DNA of 64,000 nucleotides from Candidatus Oxydemutatoraceae bacterium (GTDB lineage Bacteria; Pseudomonadota; Gammaproteobacteria; Poriferisulfidales; Oxydemutatoraceae): NCBI GenBank assembly GCA_965220085.1, contig CBDCOZ010000003.1, positions 782,979 to 846,978 of the forward strand, read 5' to 3'. Shown piece by piece: positions 18,839 to 28,976 of this stretch (position 1 is its first letter; each line of letters starts with the position of its first letter). The notes under the pieces were generated by a model. It saw only the letters and a program-made list of their open reading frames with translations, ran no database searches and was not told where the DNA came from. The position numbers and the translations under genes were made by a program.

Positions 18839-19725
18839 TGCGAGTATTCCGCCCCTTCCCGCATTGGTGGGCGATACTAACTCGGCTTAGTCTCCGGTCA
18901 CTTATCCTGCCGGCGCTGTGTCTGGCATTGGGCGCAACTTATGTTTGGGCCCAGGCGACAGATCAGAGCATTGATGTCCCGATAGGCGGCAGCGCCTATA
19001 CAATCACGGCTGCCGACTTTGGCTTTGATGATATTATCAATACTGGAGCCGTCAATACGAGTATGACGGTCGGGTCTTTGCCTGCTCTCGGCAACTTACG
19101 GCGATACAGAAATGGGCAGACTGCAAATTTACATGTGGGGAGCCTGACAGACGGTAACTCGAATGTAAGTCTTTTCTTAGAGACATTTCTTGGCGGCGCC
19201 GACTCCGACGACAGGTTGGATTATACGCCTCCTGCCGATGCCGTTTCCGTTGCCGCCGGCTATGCCAGCTTTGCCTTTTATATTTCCACTGATGGCATTA
19301 CCTCTACGCTGGCCACCATGACCATCAACCTGGTGGGGGCATCTACGCCGACGGCCGCCACCGGCGCACCCACAATCGCCGCCACGGACACGCACCGAAT
19401 CAGAGCTTCCATTACCGGTGTGACGGACCTCAACGGCATTGATGTCGGCACCCTGAGTTGGCAGTGGCAACAGGCCGATGCCCCCGTCAGTGGCGTTCCC
19501 GAAACCGGTGAGTACAGCGAGATAAAGGATGCTACTTCTTCCTCCCTCTTCGCACCGACTGCCGCCCAACTGGGCAGGTATGTGCGCGCCTGCGTTTCTT
19601 TCAAGGATCAGTCTCCCACGCCCGCATCGGAAGGGCCGCTGTGCAGCGTCGGCACTGAGGTGGAAGAGTTGCCGCCTGATATACGCTTGCGGCTGCGCCT
19701 CTTCCTGGAGGGCCCCCTGCGATAG
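18835..19725 (+). CDS. family member C5
   Basis: same as C2; its C-terminal half diverges slightly (GTEVEELPPDIRLRLRLFLEGPLR). Confidence 0.8.
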   Translation: MMRVFRPFPHWWAILTRLSLRSLILPALCLALGATYVWAQATDQSIDVPIGGSAYTITAADFGFDDIINTGAVNTSMTVGSLPALGNLRRYRNGQTANLHVGSLTDGNSNVSLFLETFLGGADSDDRLDYTPPADAVSVAAGYASFAFYISTDGITSTLATMTINLVGASTPTAATGAPTIAATDTHRIRASITGVTDLNGIDVGTLSWQWQQADAPVSGVPETGEYSEIKDATSSSLFAPTAAQLGRYVRACVSFKDQSPTPASEGPLCSVGTEVEELPPDIRLRLRLFLEGPLR

Positions 19726-19950
19726 CGCGGGCAATGCCCCTCGCGGGAGAGTCGGCGATCTATGCTATGCCGTTGCGATAGCGCGGGCAATGCCCCTCGC
19801 GGGAGAGTCGGCGATCTATGCTATGCCGTTGCGATAGCGCGGGCAATGCCCCTCGCGGGAGAGTCGGCGATCTATGCTATGCCGTTGCGATAGCGCGGGC
19901 AATGCCCCTCGCGGGAGAGTCGGCGATCTATGCCATGCCGTTGCGATAGC
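19719..19950. repeat. 56 bp tandem repeat x4 (CGATAGCGCGGGCAATGCCCCTCGCGGGAGAGTCGGCGATCTATGCTATGCCGTTG) straight after the array; each unit ends GCCGTTGCGATAG, mimicking the gene terminus ...CCCCTGCGATAG
   Basis: period-56 copies at 19719, 19775, 19831 and 19887; decay at 19943. Confidence 0.85.
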
Positions 19951-20192
19951 GTTGCCGGTTTGCTTTCGGTTTGAGCAAGGGGATGCGGGAGCGCATTGCT
20001 TGGGCTTTTGAGGGCGGTCGGGCGTAAGAGGCGGTCTGAGCGCGCCTGTGGCGCATGAAAAGAAGCCGGGAAACCCAATATGATGATAGTATATGCCGAT
20101 ACGTTTTAGCGTTTTGCATGCTTATTCCATGCGCGCAAACAGGCCCGCATGATTGAGCGATGCGCTCTCTGCAAGCATGGCGCGATTAAAAT

Positions 20193-21107
20193 ATGTCCGA
20201 TATTAAAAAACCTCGTAAGAACATTGAGTTGCCTCGCAAGGCCGTATTCCCGGTAGCCGGTTTGGGCACCCGGTTTTTGCCCGCCACCAAGGTGAGTCCG
20301 AAAGAGATGTTGCCGGTTGTGGACAAGCCGCTGATCCAATATGCGACGGAAGAAGCGATTGCCGCCGGCATAGAGACTTTGATTTTCGTCAATGGCAGAA
20401 ACAAGCGGGCGATAGAAGACCATTTTGACGACATGCCCGAGTTGGTAAGCGAGTTGCGCAGTCGCGGCAAGGACGAGCTCCTTGAGCGGATTGAGAATAT
20501 CGTGCCGGCCGGGGTGACTTGCGTCAGTATCCGCCAAGCGAGCGCGCGCGGGCTCGGTGATGCGGTGTTGTGCGCCGAACCGGTGGTCGGTGACGAGCCT
20601 TTCGTCGTCCTGTTAGCCGATGATTTGGTTATCAGTCGGCAGGGAGACGACAATGTGACTCAGAGATTGCTGGAGTGTTATCAGAAATATGGCACCAGCA
20701 TGCTCAGCGTCGAGCATATAGAACCGCAGCAAAGCCGTCAGTACGGCGTGATTGGCGGCGACAATGCGGAGCCCGACATTTGGAAGGTGAAGCGCTTGGT
20801 TGAGAAACCGGCGCCCGAAGAGGCTCCGAGTCAAATCGGTCTCTTGGGGCGCTATGTCTTGACGCCGCGTGTGTTTGATTGCCTGAAGAAGGTCGGCAGC
20901 GGGGTCGGCAAAGAAGTGCAGTTGACCGACGCCATCGCGATGTTGATGGAGTCGGAAGGCGTTCACGCGCAACTTTGCAACGGCGCGCGTTATGATTGCG
21001 GCAGCAAAATCGGGTATGTGCGGGCGAATGTCGAGTGCGCGTTGCGACACGACCAGATCGGCGAGGAGTTCTCCGCGTATCTGCGGAAATTTAGCGAGCG
21101 TTCGTGA
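20193..21107 (+). CDS. galU: UTP--glucose-1-phosphate uridylyltransferase
   Basis: KAVFPVAGLGTRFLPATKVSPKEMLPVVDKP motif. Confidence 0.9.
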   Translation: MSDIKKPRKNIELPRKAVFPVAGLGTRFLPATKVSPKEMLPVVDKPLIQYATEEAIAAGIETLIFVNGRNKRAIEDHFDDMPELVSELRSRGKDELLERIENIVPAGVTCVSIRQASARGLGDAVLCAEPVVGDEPFVVLLADDLVISRQGDDNVTQRLLECYQKYGTSMLSVEHIEPQQSRQYGVIGGDNAEPDIWKVKRLVEKPAPEEAPSQIGLLGRYVLTPRVFDCLKKVGSGVGKEVQLTDAIAMLMESEGVHAQLCNGARYDCGSKIGYVRANVECALRHDQIGEEFSAYLRKFSERS

Positions 21108-22944
21108 TGCGCCGGATGGCGTTTTCAATGCCGGTCGCATCCAGCCCCGCTTCGGTCAATAGTTCGTCGCGGCTGCCGTGCTCTTGAAAACGGTCGGGGA
21201 GCCCCAGCGCGGTCGCGGGTATCTGATTGCCGGCGCTCCTGAGAAATTCGCCGACCGCGCTGCCCGCGCCGCCGATGCATGCATTGTCCTCAACCGTGAT
21301 GATGTGTCGGTGGGAGTTTGCGATTTGTTCGATTAAGCGCGTATCCAGCGGTTTGACAAAGCGCATATCAACAACGCTCACATCGTGTTTCTCCGCGGCG
21401 AGCAATGCCGCGCCGGTCGGGCTTCCGAAACCGAGTATTGCGATCTCCCGACCTTGTTTGAGGATTTTGCCGCGGCCGATTTCCACGGTCGCAAGGTCTT
21501 TGTCCGGTATCGCGCCCCAGCCGCCGCCGCGCGGGTAGCGCACCGCTGTCGGGCCGGCGCGCAGATAGGCGGTCGACAGCATCAGGCGCGTCATTTTTTC
21601 GTCCATCGGCGTCATGACGGTCATGTTCGGTATGCAGCGCAGAAAGCTCAAATCAAAACTGCCGGCGTGCGTGGGGCCGTCCGGGCCGACGACTCCGGCG
21701 CGGTCGATCGCAAACATGACGGGCAGGTTTTGAATCGCAATGTCGTGCACCAGTTGGTCATAAGCGCGTTGCAGGAAGGTGGAGTAGATGGCGACGACCG
21801 GTTTGAGCCCGGCGCATGCCATGCCGGCGGCCAGCGTCAGCGCGTGTTGTTCGGCGATGCCTACGTCAAAGTAGCGCTTGGCAAAGCGCTTTTCAAACTC
21901 TGCGAGTCCCGAGCCTTCGCGCATGGCGGGTGTGATGGCAACCAGCCGCTCGTCTTTTTCGGCCATATCGCATACCCAGTCGCCGAACACTTGGGTGTGG
22001 GTCAAACTTTTTGCTTTGGATTTGTTCATGCCTTGTTTGGGGTCAAAGCGGCTGACGGCATGGTATTTGACCGGGTCTTTTTCCGCTTCCGGATAGCCTT
22101 TTCCTTTGCGGGTTATCGTGTGTAGCAGCCGCGGCTGCTTGAGCAATTTCAGGTTTTGCAGCATGTCGGCCAGCATGAGGACATCGTGGCCGTCTATCGG
22201 CCCGTAGTAGTTGATGCCCAGTTCTTCAAACAGGGTGCCCGGCACAATCATGCCTTTGATGTGCTCGCGCGTTCGTTTTACCAGCCGGTCCACTCCGGGC
22301 GGAGGCTTGAGGATTTGTTTGCTTTTTTCCATGACGTTCTTGTACAGGGGGCTTGATATGATGCGGGTCAGGTAGTTGCTCATGGCGCCGACATTCGGGG
22401 AGATCGACATGTCGTTGTCGTTCAGAACGATGAGCATGTCCGCCTGCGCGGAACCGAGGTGGTTCATCGCTTCGTATGCGAGGCCGGCGGTCAGTCCGCC
22501 GTCGCCTATTATCGCGACCGTTTTGTGAGTGTCTCCTCTCAGGGCCGCCCCCAGCGCCATCCCCAGCGCGGCGCTGACAGATGTGCTGGAGTGGCCGACT
22601 CCGAAGGCGTCGTATGTGCTTTCGTTGCGATTCGGAAACGGAGCGGGGCCGCCGCGGTTGCGAATATTGACGATCTCCGCTTTCCTTCCGCAGAGTATCT
22701 TGTGCGGGTAACACTGGTGACCCACATCCCAGACTAACAGATCATTCGGGGTGTCAAACACATAGTGAAGCGCGACCGACAGTTCGATGGAGCCGAGCCC
22801 GGCGGCAAAATGACCGCCGCACGAGGAGACGGCTTCTATCAGGTAAGCGCGCAACTCGTCGCATAATTGCGGCAATTCGCCCGCCGCCAGTTGGCGCAGG
22901 TCGGAAGGGGTTTCTATTTTGTCCAACAGTATTTTTGGTTTCAT
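21091..22944 (-). CDS. dxs: 1-deoxy-D-xylulose-5-phosphate synthase
   Basis: 617 aa; TPP-binding GDG...N motif; xseB-ispA-dxs synteny. Confidence 0.95.
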   Translation of the reverse strand: MKPKILLDKIETPSDLRQLAAGELPQLCDELRAYLIEAVSSCGGHFAAGLGSIELSVALHYVFDTPNDLLVWDVGHQCYPHKILCGRKAEIVNIRNRGGPAPFPNRNESTYDAFGVGHSSTSVSAALGMALGAALRGDTHKTVAIIGDGGLTAGLAYEAMNHLGSAQADMLIVLNDNDMSISPNVGAMSNYLTRIISSPLYKNVMEKSKQILKPPPGVDRLVKRTREHIKGMIVPGTLFEELGINYYGPIDGHDVLMLADMLQNLKLLKQPRLLHTITRKGKGYPEAEKDPVKYHAVSRFDPKQGMNKSKAKSLTHTQVFGDWVCDMAEKDERLVAITPAMREGSGLAEFEKRFAKRYFDVGIAEQHALTLAAGMACAGLKPVVAIYSTFLQRAYDQLVHDIAIQNLPVMFAIDRAGVVGPDGPTHAGSFDLSFLRCIPNMTVMTPMDEKMTRLMLSTAYLRAGPTAVRYPRGGGWGAIPDKDLATVEIGRGKILKQGREIAILGFGSPTGAALLAAEKHDVSVVDMRFVKPLDTRLIEQIANSHRHIITVEDNACIGGAGSAVGEFLRSAGNQIPATALGLPDRFQEHGSRDELLTEAGLDATGIENAIRRITNAR

Positions 22945-22947
22945 CGA

Positions 22948-23871
22948 TCAGGACTCGCGGGCGGCAATATGCCGTGTGAGGTCGCGTAATAACCGCGCAC
23001 TTGCCCCCAAGGGAAGCAGACTGTCCAAACATTGCGCAGTGATTTCCGCCAGTTCTTTTTTGCTGGCCTCTTCGCCGTAAATGGTCACATAGGAAGGCTT
23101 TTCGGCCTTGCCGTTTGCCTTGTGTTGTCTGGCATCGAGGATATCATCTTGTATCTGAAAACACAGGCCGATGTCGGTCGCATAACGCCTCAAACTGTCG
23201 TCGGTCTCTTGCGGCGTATCGGGCGCGCAACACAGCGCCATCGTGATGCACGCTTCCATCAGCGCGCCTGTTTTTAGCCGATGTATTTCCCTGACCCGGT
23301 CGTTTTCAAGGGCGTTATGGTTCATCAATATGTCCATCGCCTGGCCGCTTGCCATTCCCGAGATGCCGGCGGCGCGGGCGAGTATGCGACAGGTCTCGTT
23401 TTTGCGCCGGGCATCTGTCAGCGGCGCTTTGCTCAGACATTCAAAGGCGAGCGCCTGCATCGCATCGCCCGCCAGGATGGCCATGGCTTCGCCAAAAGCG
23501 CTGTGGCACGCGGGCTTGCCGCGCCTCATGTCGTCGTCGTCCATCGCGGGCAGGTCATCGTGTATCAAGGAGTAGCAATGCATCAGTTCTATCGCGCCAG
23601 CAATCGGGTCGACCGCTTTGTGTTCCAAGCCGATTAGTTGCGCGGTTGCGTAAACCAAGCCCGGGCGAATGCGTTTGCCGCCGTTAAAGATTGCGTATTG
23701 AATCGCTTGCAGCAGGGTGTCATTGCTCGCCTCGCTGCAAAATTCTTCCAGCGCGGCGCGGATGTTGCGCTCGACTCTGGCGCCGCAGGTTGTCAGAAAC
23801 GCATGAATGTCCTCGGCGGCGACGGCGGGCTCGCTATTCGTCTTCTGCTGCAAAGGGCTCCGGTTCGGCAT
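22948..23871 (-). CDS. ispA: farnesyl diphosphate synthase (geranyltranstransferase)
   Basis: IHDDLPAMDDDDMRRG (first DDxxD) and QIQDDILD motifs. Confidence 0.9.
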   Translation of the reverse strand: MPNRSPLQQKTNSEPAVAAEDIHAFLTTCGARVERNIRAALEEFCSEASNDTLLQAIQYAIFNGGKRIRPGLVYATAQLIGLEHKAVDPIAGAIELMHCYSLIHDDLPAMDDDDMRRGKPACHSAFGEAMAILAGDAMQALAFECLSKAPLTDARRKNETCRILARAAGISGMASGQAMDILMNHNALENDRVREIHRLKTGALMEACITMALCCAPDTPQETDDSLRRYATDIGLCFQIQDDILDARQHKANGKAEKPSYVTIYGEEASKKELAEITAQCLDSLLPLGASARLLRDLTRHIAARES

Positions 23872-24088
23872 TATTCTGAGTCAAAATCTTCACGCGTTGT
23901 TCGGCGCTTTCTAGCGCTTTGCGACATTTGCCGACCAGCGCCGAGCCATGCTCAAATTGTTCTATCGCTTGTTCCAATGAGAGGTTTCCGGATTCCAGTC
24001 TGGTCTGAATCTGCTTCAGCTCTTCCATCGCCTGTTCGAATTCAAATTTCTCTTCTTTTGTTTTTTGCTTTTTGTTTGCGGATGTCAT
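23834..24088 (-). CDS. xseB: exodeoxyribonuclease VII small subunit
   Basis: 84 aa, FEQAMEELKQIQTRLESGNLSLEQAIEQFEHG. Confidence 0.9.
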   Translation of the reverse strand: MTSANKKQKTKEEKFEFEQAMEELKQIQTRLESGNLSLEQAIEQFEHGSALVGKCRKALESAEQRVKILTQNNAEPEPFAAEDE

Positions 24089-24358
24089 ATTTTTAATGGT
24101 TGCAAAGTATCTAATTCATGGGCGGAGCGATAAGAAAGCCGTTGCCTGTGATGCTTTTGGTCTTATGCCTCGTTTGGGCCGAAACATATATTAAACAGAT
24201 TGGGCTTATTTTACAAATCTCATCCGATCAGCGGCAGCCTGAAAGTCGGCCCGGAAGGCGGGCTAAAACGTGAGGATTCCCTCGGACAAGCCGCCGTCGG
24301 CTGGTCGTTGTCTCTGCCGTTTCCCCCGCCATGTCGCATTTTTGGCGAGCGGCTTTGC

Positions 24359-25198
24359 TTAATCGGATGCGTTTTCATGAGGCTCATCGTAGACGATATT
24401 TTGGTGGTTGTTGAAGACGAGAAACGATTGGCCTTTGGCGCGGGCGATCATCGTGACATTTAAGCTCTGTGCCAGCTCAACCCCCATTTGTGTGGCGCCG
24501 GAGCGCGACAGCAGCATCGGTATTTCCATCTGCGCGCATTTCATGACCATCTCCGAGGTGAGACGCCCGGTGGTATAAAAAATTTTGTCGTGACCGCTCG
24601 TGTCATTGAGCCACATCATGCCGGCGATGGCGTCCGCCGCGTTGTGTCGCCCGACATCTTCGACAAAGATCAGAATGTCGCTGCCGTGGCAGAGGGCGCA
24701 ACCGTGAACCGCTCCGGCTTCCCGATAAATTTCATTGCGTTGCGCGACATTGCGCAGTAACGCGTATATCTGCGAGCGTTTTAACTTCATGTCCGGCAGG
24801 CGATGGTCGTACAGTTTGTCCAGCGTGCAACTGAATACGGTGCCTTGTCCGCAGCCGCTGGTGATGATATGGCCTTTGGTTTTTTCTTCCCAGTCCGAGG
24901 CGGAGGCATATTCCGCGGCGAGGGCGATGGTGACCAGTTCTTTGTCCCAATCTGTTTCAATGGAGGCGATGGCATCTATGCTCTCAATCAGGCGCTGGTT
25001 GCGCAAGTAACCGAGAGCCAGTTCTTCCGGATAGTTGCCGAGCGTCATCAGGGTTACGAGTTCCTTGCCGTCGACGACGATTGTCAGCGGCGATTCGCCG
25101 GCGATGCGCACTGTTTGCGCGGCGTTGCGGTGGTCGCGCACTTCGGCTTCAAAGGTCGGGCTCAGTCGCGCGCGGCTGATATGCGGTTTCGCGCTCAT
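24359..25198 (-). CDS. fdhD: formate dehydrogenase accessory sulfurtransferase FdhD
   Basis: SGCGQG...GRHNAADAIAG motifs. Confidence 0.8.
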   Translation of the reverse strand: MSAKPHISRARLSPTFEAEVRDHRNAAQTVRIAGESPLTIVVDGKELVTLMTLGNYPEELALGYLRNQRLIESIDAIASIETDWDKELVTIALAAEYASASDWEEKTKGHIITSGCGQGTVFSCTLDKLYDHRLPDMKLKRSQIYALLRNVAQRNEIYREAGAVHGCALCHGSDILIFVEDVGRHNAADAIAGMMWLNDTSGHDKIFYTTGRLTSEMVMKCAQMEIPMLLSRSGATQMGVELAQSLNVTMIARAKGQSFLVFNNHQNIVYDEPHENASD

Positions 25199-27699
25199 TT
25201 GTATTCGGCGCCGCGGTCGGCGATGTTATGCCGCGGCGCGCCGGCTATCGGTTTGAACATGATCAGCAGCGACGGCAAGAGGCTCAGCGATGCGAGCAAT
25301 GCCATCAGCATGGCGATGCCGGTGAGCAGTCCGAAGTAGATTGTCGGGATGAAGTTTGACAGCGTCAGTATGGAGAAGCCGAGAATGATGGTCATGGATG
25401 TGTAATACATCGCTTTGCCGATGCTTCTGTGGCAACGGTCGATGGCGGCAAAGCAGTCGCGGTCTTTTGCAAACTCGCGCTTGAAGCGGATGATGTAGTG
25501 GATCGTGTTATCAACCGCAATCCCGATGCTGATGGCGGCGATGGTGATGGTCATCATATCAAGCGGTATCCCGCGCCACCCCATAAAGCCGAGCATCAAA
25601 GAGGCTGCCAGAGCGTTGGGAAAGATGGCGATGGCGGCGAGAGACAGCGATCGGAATAAGATGGCGAACATCGTCAGGATTGCCAGAAAGACGATGCCTA
25701 TTGTCAGAATCTGCGAGGTGTACAGGCTCTGTAACATGTTGTTGTAGAGCACGAGCAAACCGGTGGTTTGAAACTCTTCGTCTTGGTATCCGAGTTCGCG
25801 CATGCCGTTGTTAACGCGCTCGATCAATTCGGCTCGTTTGAGCTCTTTGTCGGAATCAATGACACGCATGTTGATGCGGACTTCGTTGCCGTCATCCGAT
25901 ATGAAAGGATCATAGAGGATGGGTTTGGTGTCATCGCTTAGCATGCGTCCGAGAAGCGGGGTTTCCAGATCGCTCAACGGTTTGTCATTATTCAGCATTT
26001 CGGCCAGCCGGACGAGGGTTGCGAGCGACATGACTTTTCCGATCTCAGGCTGTTGATCGAGAAAATCGTGGATGTGTTTTAGTTTTTCAAGGTTGATGGG
26101 GCTCAGCCAGTAGCTGGCCGTCGCCGAGGCGTCGTCAAGGTATTGCTCAAATATGTCTTCCTCTTCAAACGCGCCGCTTTCCGCCGGCTCCGGCTCGGCC
26201 TTGGCTCTGACGATGATATCAAGCGGGGTCGTGCCTCCTAACTTGCGGTCTATCTCCAGCATGCCTTGGTGTATTTCGGTGTCTTCATGGAAGTAGTCGA
26301 TAAAGCGGTTTTCAACCTCAAGCTTTGATATGCCGACGGCGCTGGCGGCGAGCAGCGCGAGGCCGAGGAGGAAGATGGCGCGGTAGCGCCGCTGCGTGAT
26401 GCGGGCGAATCCCATCGTGATTTTGGCGGTGAAGTCATTTGCCGACGCGCTCGTGTGTTTTGGCAGGATGCTCAGAAAAGCCGGAAAGAGGGTAAATACC
26501 GCGACAAACGCGAACACGATTCCGAGCGTCATGATGTGGCCGAAATCAATGACCGGCCGAATGTTGCTGACCACCAAAGAAGCAAAAGCGACGATCGTGG
26601 TCAGTGACGTGTAGATGCACGGCTTAAACATAAACCGCATCGTTTGACTGAGCAACTCGCGGGTCGGGGTGTCGGGGTTGATTGCCTGAGATTCGCGGAA
26701 GCGCACACACAGGTGAATGGTCATGGACATGGTGATGATCAAGAGCAGCGCGACAAAGTTTGATGACACCACCGTCACATGCCAGTCGAGGAGGCCCAGC
26801 AGGCCGATCATCGCGAGTACCGTCACAGAGCAACACAGGATGGGCAGCGCAACCCAGCGGACGCTGCGAAATATCACGGTCAAAACCAGAATCAGGAATA
26901 ACATGACGGCTGTTCCGAATACGACGAGGTCGTTTTCAATCATGTCCAGCATATCGGAAACGATCATCGGCGCGCCCCCCAGAAAGACTCCGGCATCGTC
27001 GCGGTAATGGTTCATGACATCGCGAATGTCTTTTATGATGCGTTGCTGGTTGCCGGAGAAAACACTGTGATAGTCTCGAAATTCCGCAGAGATCCTCTCA
27101 AGTTCGCCAAGGCCGTTTTGATCAAGTTGTCCGGCGTGTTTCTGTGTCCGCAACGCTTCCCGTTGTTGCAGGAGGGCGTCGTAATGCGGGTCGCCTTTTA
27201 AGTAGACCAAGAGCATGGTTGTCTTGGCATCGGCGCTGAGGAACAAATCCTTGTAGAGGGGACTCGTGAGGAACTCGCGGCGCGCGAGCGACAGATCCGT
27301 GTCGGGCATCGCCAAGGTGCGCGGCTCGCCCGCGAGTTTGATTCGCGGACTGTCTGCCAACGGCAAGTCCAGAATGGATAATACTTCTTGTACGCCGTCT
27401 GCCTCGCCGAGCGAGCGCTTTAGGTCGCGCAGTTTGGCGAGACTTTCATGCGAAAACAGTTCGCTGCCGGGCGTCCATGTCAGCGCCAGAAACTCATCCA
27501 CTCCGTAGCGCCGGTTGGTGTCGCGAAAGAATTTCAAATCGGCGTCGTTTTCAAGCACCAACGCATCCGCCGAAGCGTCCAGCCGGAAGTGGTGCGCTTG
27601 GGAGGCGAAACCGATGATGACCGCGAGCAGCACCGCTAACGCCGCCCGCGGGCGGTCGAGTACGATGGCTTCATAGCATGTCCGGAGGCGGTCTTTCAC
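25195..27699 (-). CDS. RND-superfamily / MMPL-type exporter (two 6-TM halves, each with a large periplasmic loop)
   Basis: 834 aa, duplicated SSD-like membrane domains; product guess from architecture only. Confidence 0.55.
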   Translation of the reverse strand: MKDRLRTCYEAIVLDRPRAALAVLLAVIIGFASQAHHFRLDASADALVLENDADLKFFRDTNRRYGVDEFLALTWTPGSELFSHESLAKLRDLKRSLGEADGVQEVLSILDLPLADSPRIKLAGEPRTLAMPDTDLSLARREFLTSPLYKDLFLSADAKTTMLLVYLKGDPHYDALLQQREALRTQKHAGQLDQNGLGELERISAEFRDYHSVFSGNQQRIIKDIRDVMNHYRDDAGVFLGGAPMIVSDMLDMIENDLVVFGTAVMLFLILVLTVIFRSVRWVALPILCCSVTVLAMIGLLGLLDWHVTVVSSNFVALLLIITMSMTIHLCVRFRESQAINPDTPTRELLSQTMRFMFKPCIYTSLTTIVAFASLVVSNIRPVIDFGHIMTLGIVFAFVAVFTLFPAFLSILPKHTSASANDFTAKITMGFARITQRRYRAIFLLGLALLAASAVGISKLEVENRFIDYFHEDTEIHQGMLEIDRKLGGTTPLDIIVRAKAEPEPAESGAFEEEDIFEQYLDDASATASYWLSPINLEKLKHIHDFLDQQPEIGKVMSLATLVRLAEMLNNDKPLSDLETPLLGRMLSDDTKPILYDPFISDDGNEVRINMRVIDSDKELKRAELIERVNNGMRELGYQDEEFQTTGLLVLYNNMLQSLYTSQILTIGIVFLAILTMFAILFRSLSLAAIAIFPNALAASLMLGFMGWRGIPLDMMTITIAAISIGIAVDNTIHYIIRFKREFAKDRDCFAAIDRCHRSIGKAMYYTSMTIILGFSILTLSNFIPTIYFGLLTGIAMLMALLASLSLLPSLLIMFKPIAGAPRHNIADRGAEYK

Positions 27700-28973
27700 T
27701 CTGCTTCGGCGGGCTTGTTTATGTCGGGTATGATTCTCACCATCTTGATCGCATTGTGATGGGTTTTTATTATCTCAAAACGGTAGCCTTCCGCGACCGC
27801 GCACGTCGGGTTGTCGGGAATCATCTCAAGGGTTTCCAGCAACACGCCGTTGACGGTCTTGGGGCCGCTTTCGTTCAGCTTCCACCCCAAAGCCTGATTG
27901 AGCTCTCTGATGTGGCAACTGCCGTCGACGAGCACGCTGCCGTCCGCTTGATAGGTGACTCCGATATCGTAAGTGCTCGGGTCTTTTGTGAACTCTCCGA
28001 CGATCTCTTCCAGCAAATCCTCCATCGTGACCAGCCCTTGGACCGTTCCGTATTCGTCCACCACCAAGGCGGTGTTGCGTTTGTGTTGCTTAAAGTCTCG
28101 CAGCGCGTCTATCAGGCGCGTGTGTTCGGATACAAAATAAGGTTCGCGCACGTGCTCTTCGATCGCGCGGACATCAAAGGTGTCGTCATAACCGGCTTGT
28201 AAGATTTGTCGGGCGTGCAATATGCCGACGATGGAATCGATGGTTCCGCGAAATACCGGCATCCGCGTGTAGGTGGTGTGATGGAGATCGTCTTCAATTT
28301 CGCTAAATGACAGATTGAGGTCGATACCCGATATCTCGTTGCGCGGGACCATAATGTCCTCGACCGTTTTCCGTTCCAAGTCGAGCACGCCGACCAGCAT
28401 GCCGCGATAGTTATACGGGATGCGTTTTTCCGATACCGCGAGTACGGTGCGCAGTTCTTCGCGATTGAGAGAATCCAGTGTCGGGGCTTTGTCGCTGATG
28501 CCGAGCATTTTGAACAGCGACTTGATGATTAAATCGGCAAGCCAGGTGAAGGGGTAGAGCGGTATCCGCAGCAGGGAATAGACGAAGCCCGCGGGCAACG
28601 CCACTTTTTGCGCATGGACGGTGGCGAAGGTCTTCGGAGCCAACTCGGCAAACATGAGGAGCATGAAAGTCAGTATCGCCGTGGCGATGACGATTCCGAT
28701 CTCTCCGTGCAGACGGTAGCCGATATACGCCACCAGTTGGGCAATCAGAATATTGACAAGATTATTTCCGAACAAGATGACCGCGATCAGTTGGTCGGGA
28801 TTCTCCAGCAACTTGATCGTGCGTTTTGCATTGCGGTGCCCGTTAGCGGCAAGGTGCGCAAGACGATAGCGGTTGACTCTCATCAGCGCGGTTTCCGAAC
28901 CGGAAAAGAATGCCGATAAGACGAAGAGCAGGACAAGAGCGATGAAGTATGTATGCAAAGGAATTTCTTCCAC
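27696..28973 (-). CDS. HlyC/CorC-family transporter (DUF21-CBS pair-CorC_HlyC; E. coli YfjD-like)
   Basis: N-terminal DUF21 TM region, two CBS domains, C-terminal transporter-associated domain; next to the ypjD-like gene as in E. coli. Confidence 0.8.
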   Translation of the reverse strand: MEEIPLHTYFIALVLLFVLSAFFSGSETALMRVNRYRLAHLAANGHRNAKRTIKLLENPDQLIAVILFGNNLVNILIAQLVAYIGYRLHGEIGIVIATAILTFMLLMFAELAPKTFATVHAQKVALPAGFVYSLLRIPLYPFTWLADLIIKSLFKMLGISDKAPTLDSLNREELRTVLAVSEKRIPYNYRGMLVGVLDLERKTVEDIMVPRNEISGIDLNLSFSEIEDDLHHTTYTRMPVFRGTIDSIVGILHARQILQAGYDDTFDVRAIEEHVREPYFVSEHTRLIDALRDFKQHKRNTALVVDEYGTVQGLVTMEDLLEEIVGEFTKDPSTYDIGVTYQADGSVLVDGSCHIRELNQALGWKLNESGPKTVNGVLLETLEMIPDNPTCAVAEGYRFEIIKTHHNAIKMVRIIPDINKPAEAE

Positions 28974-28976
28974 GTT

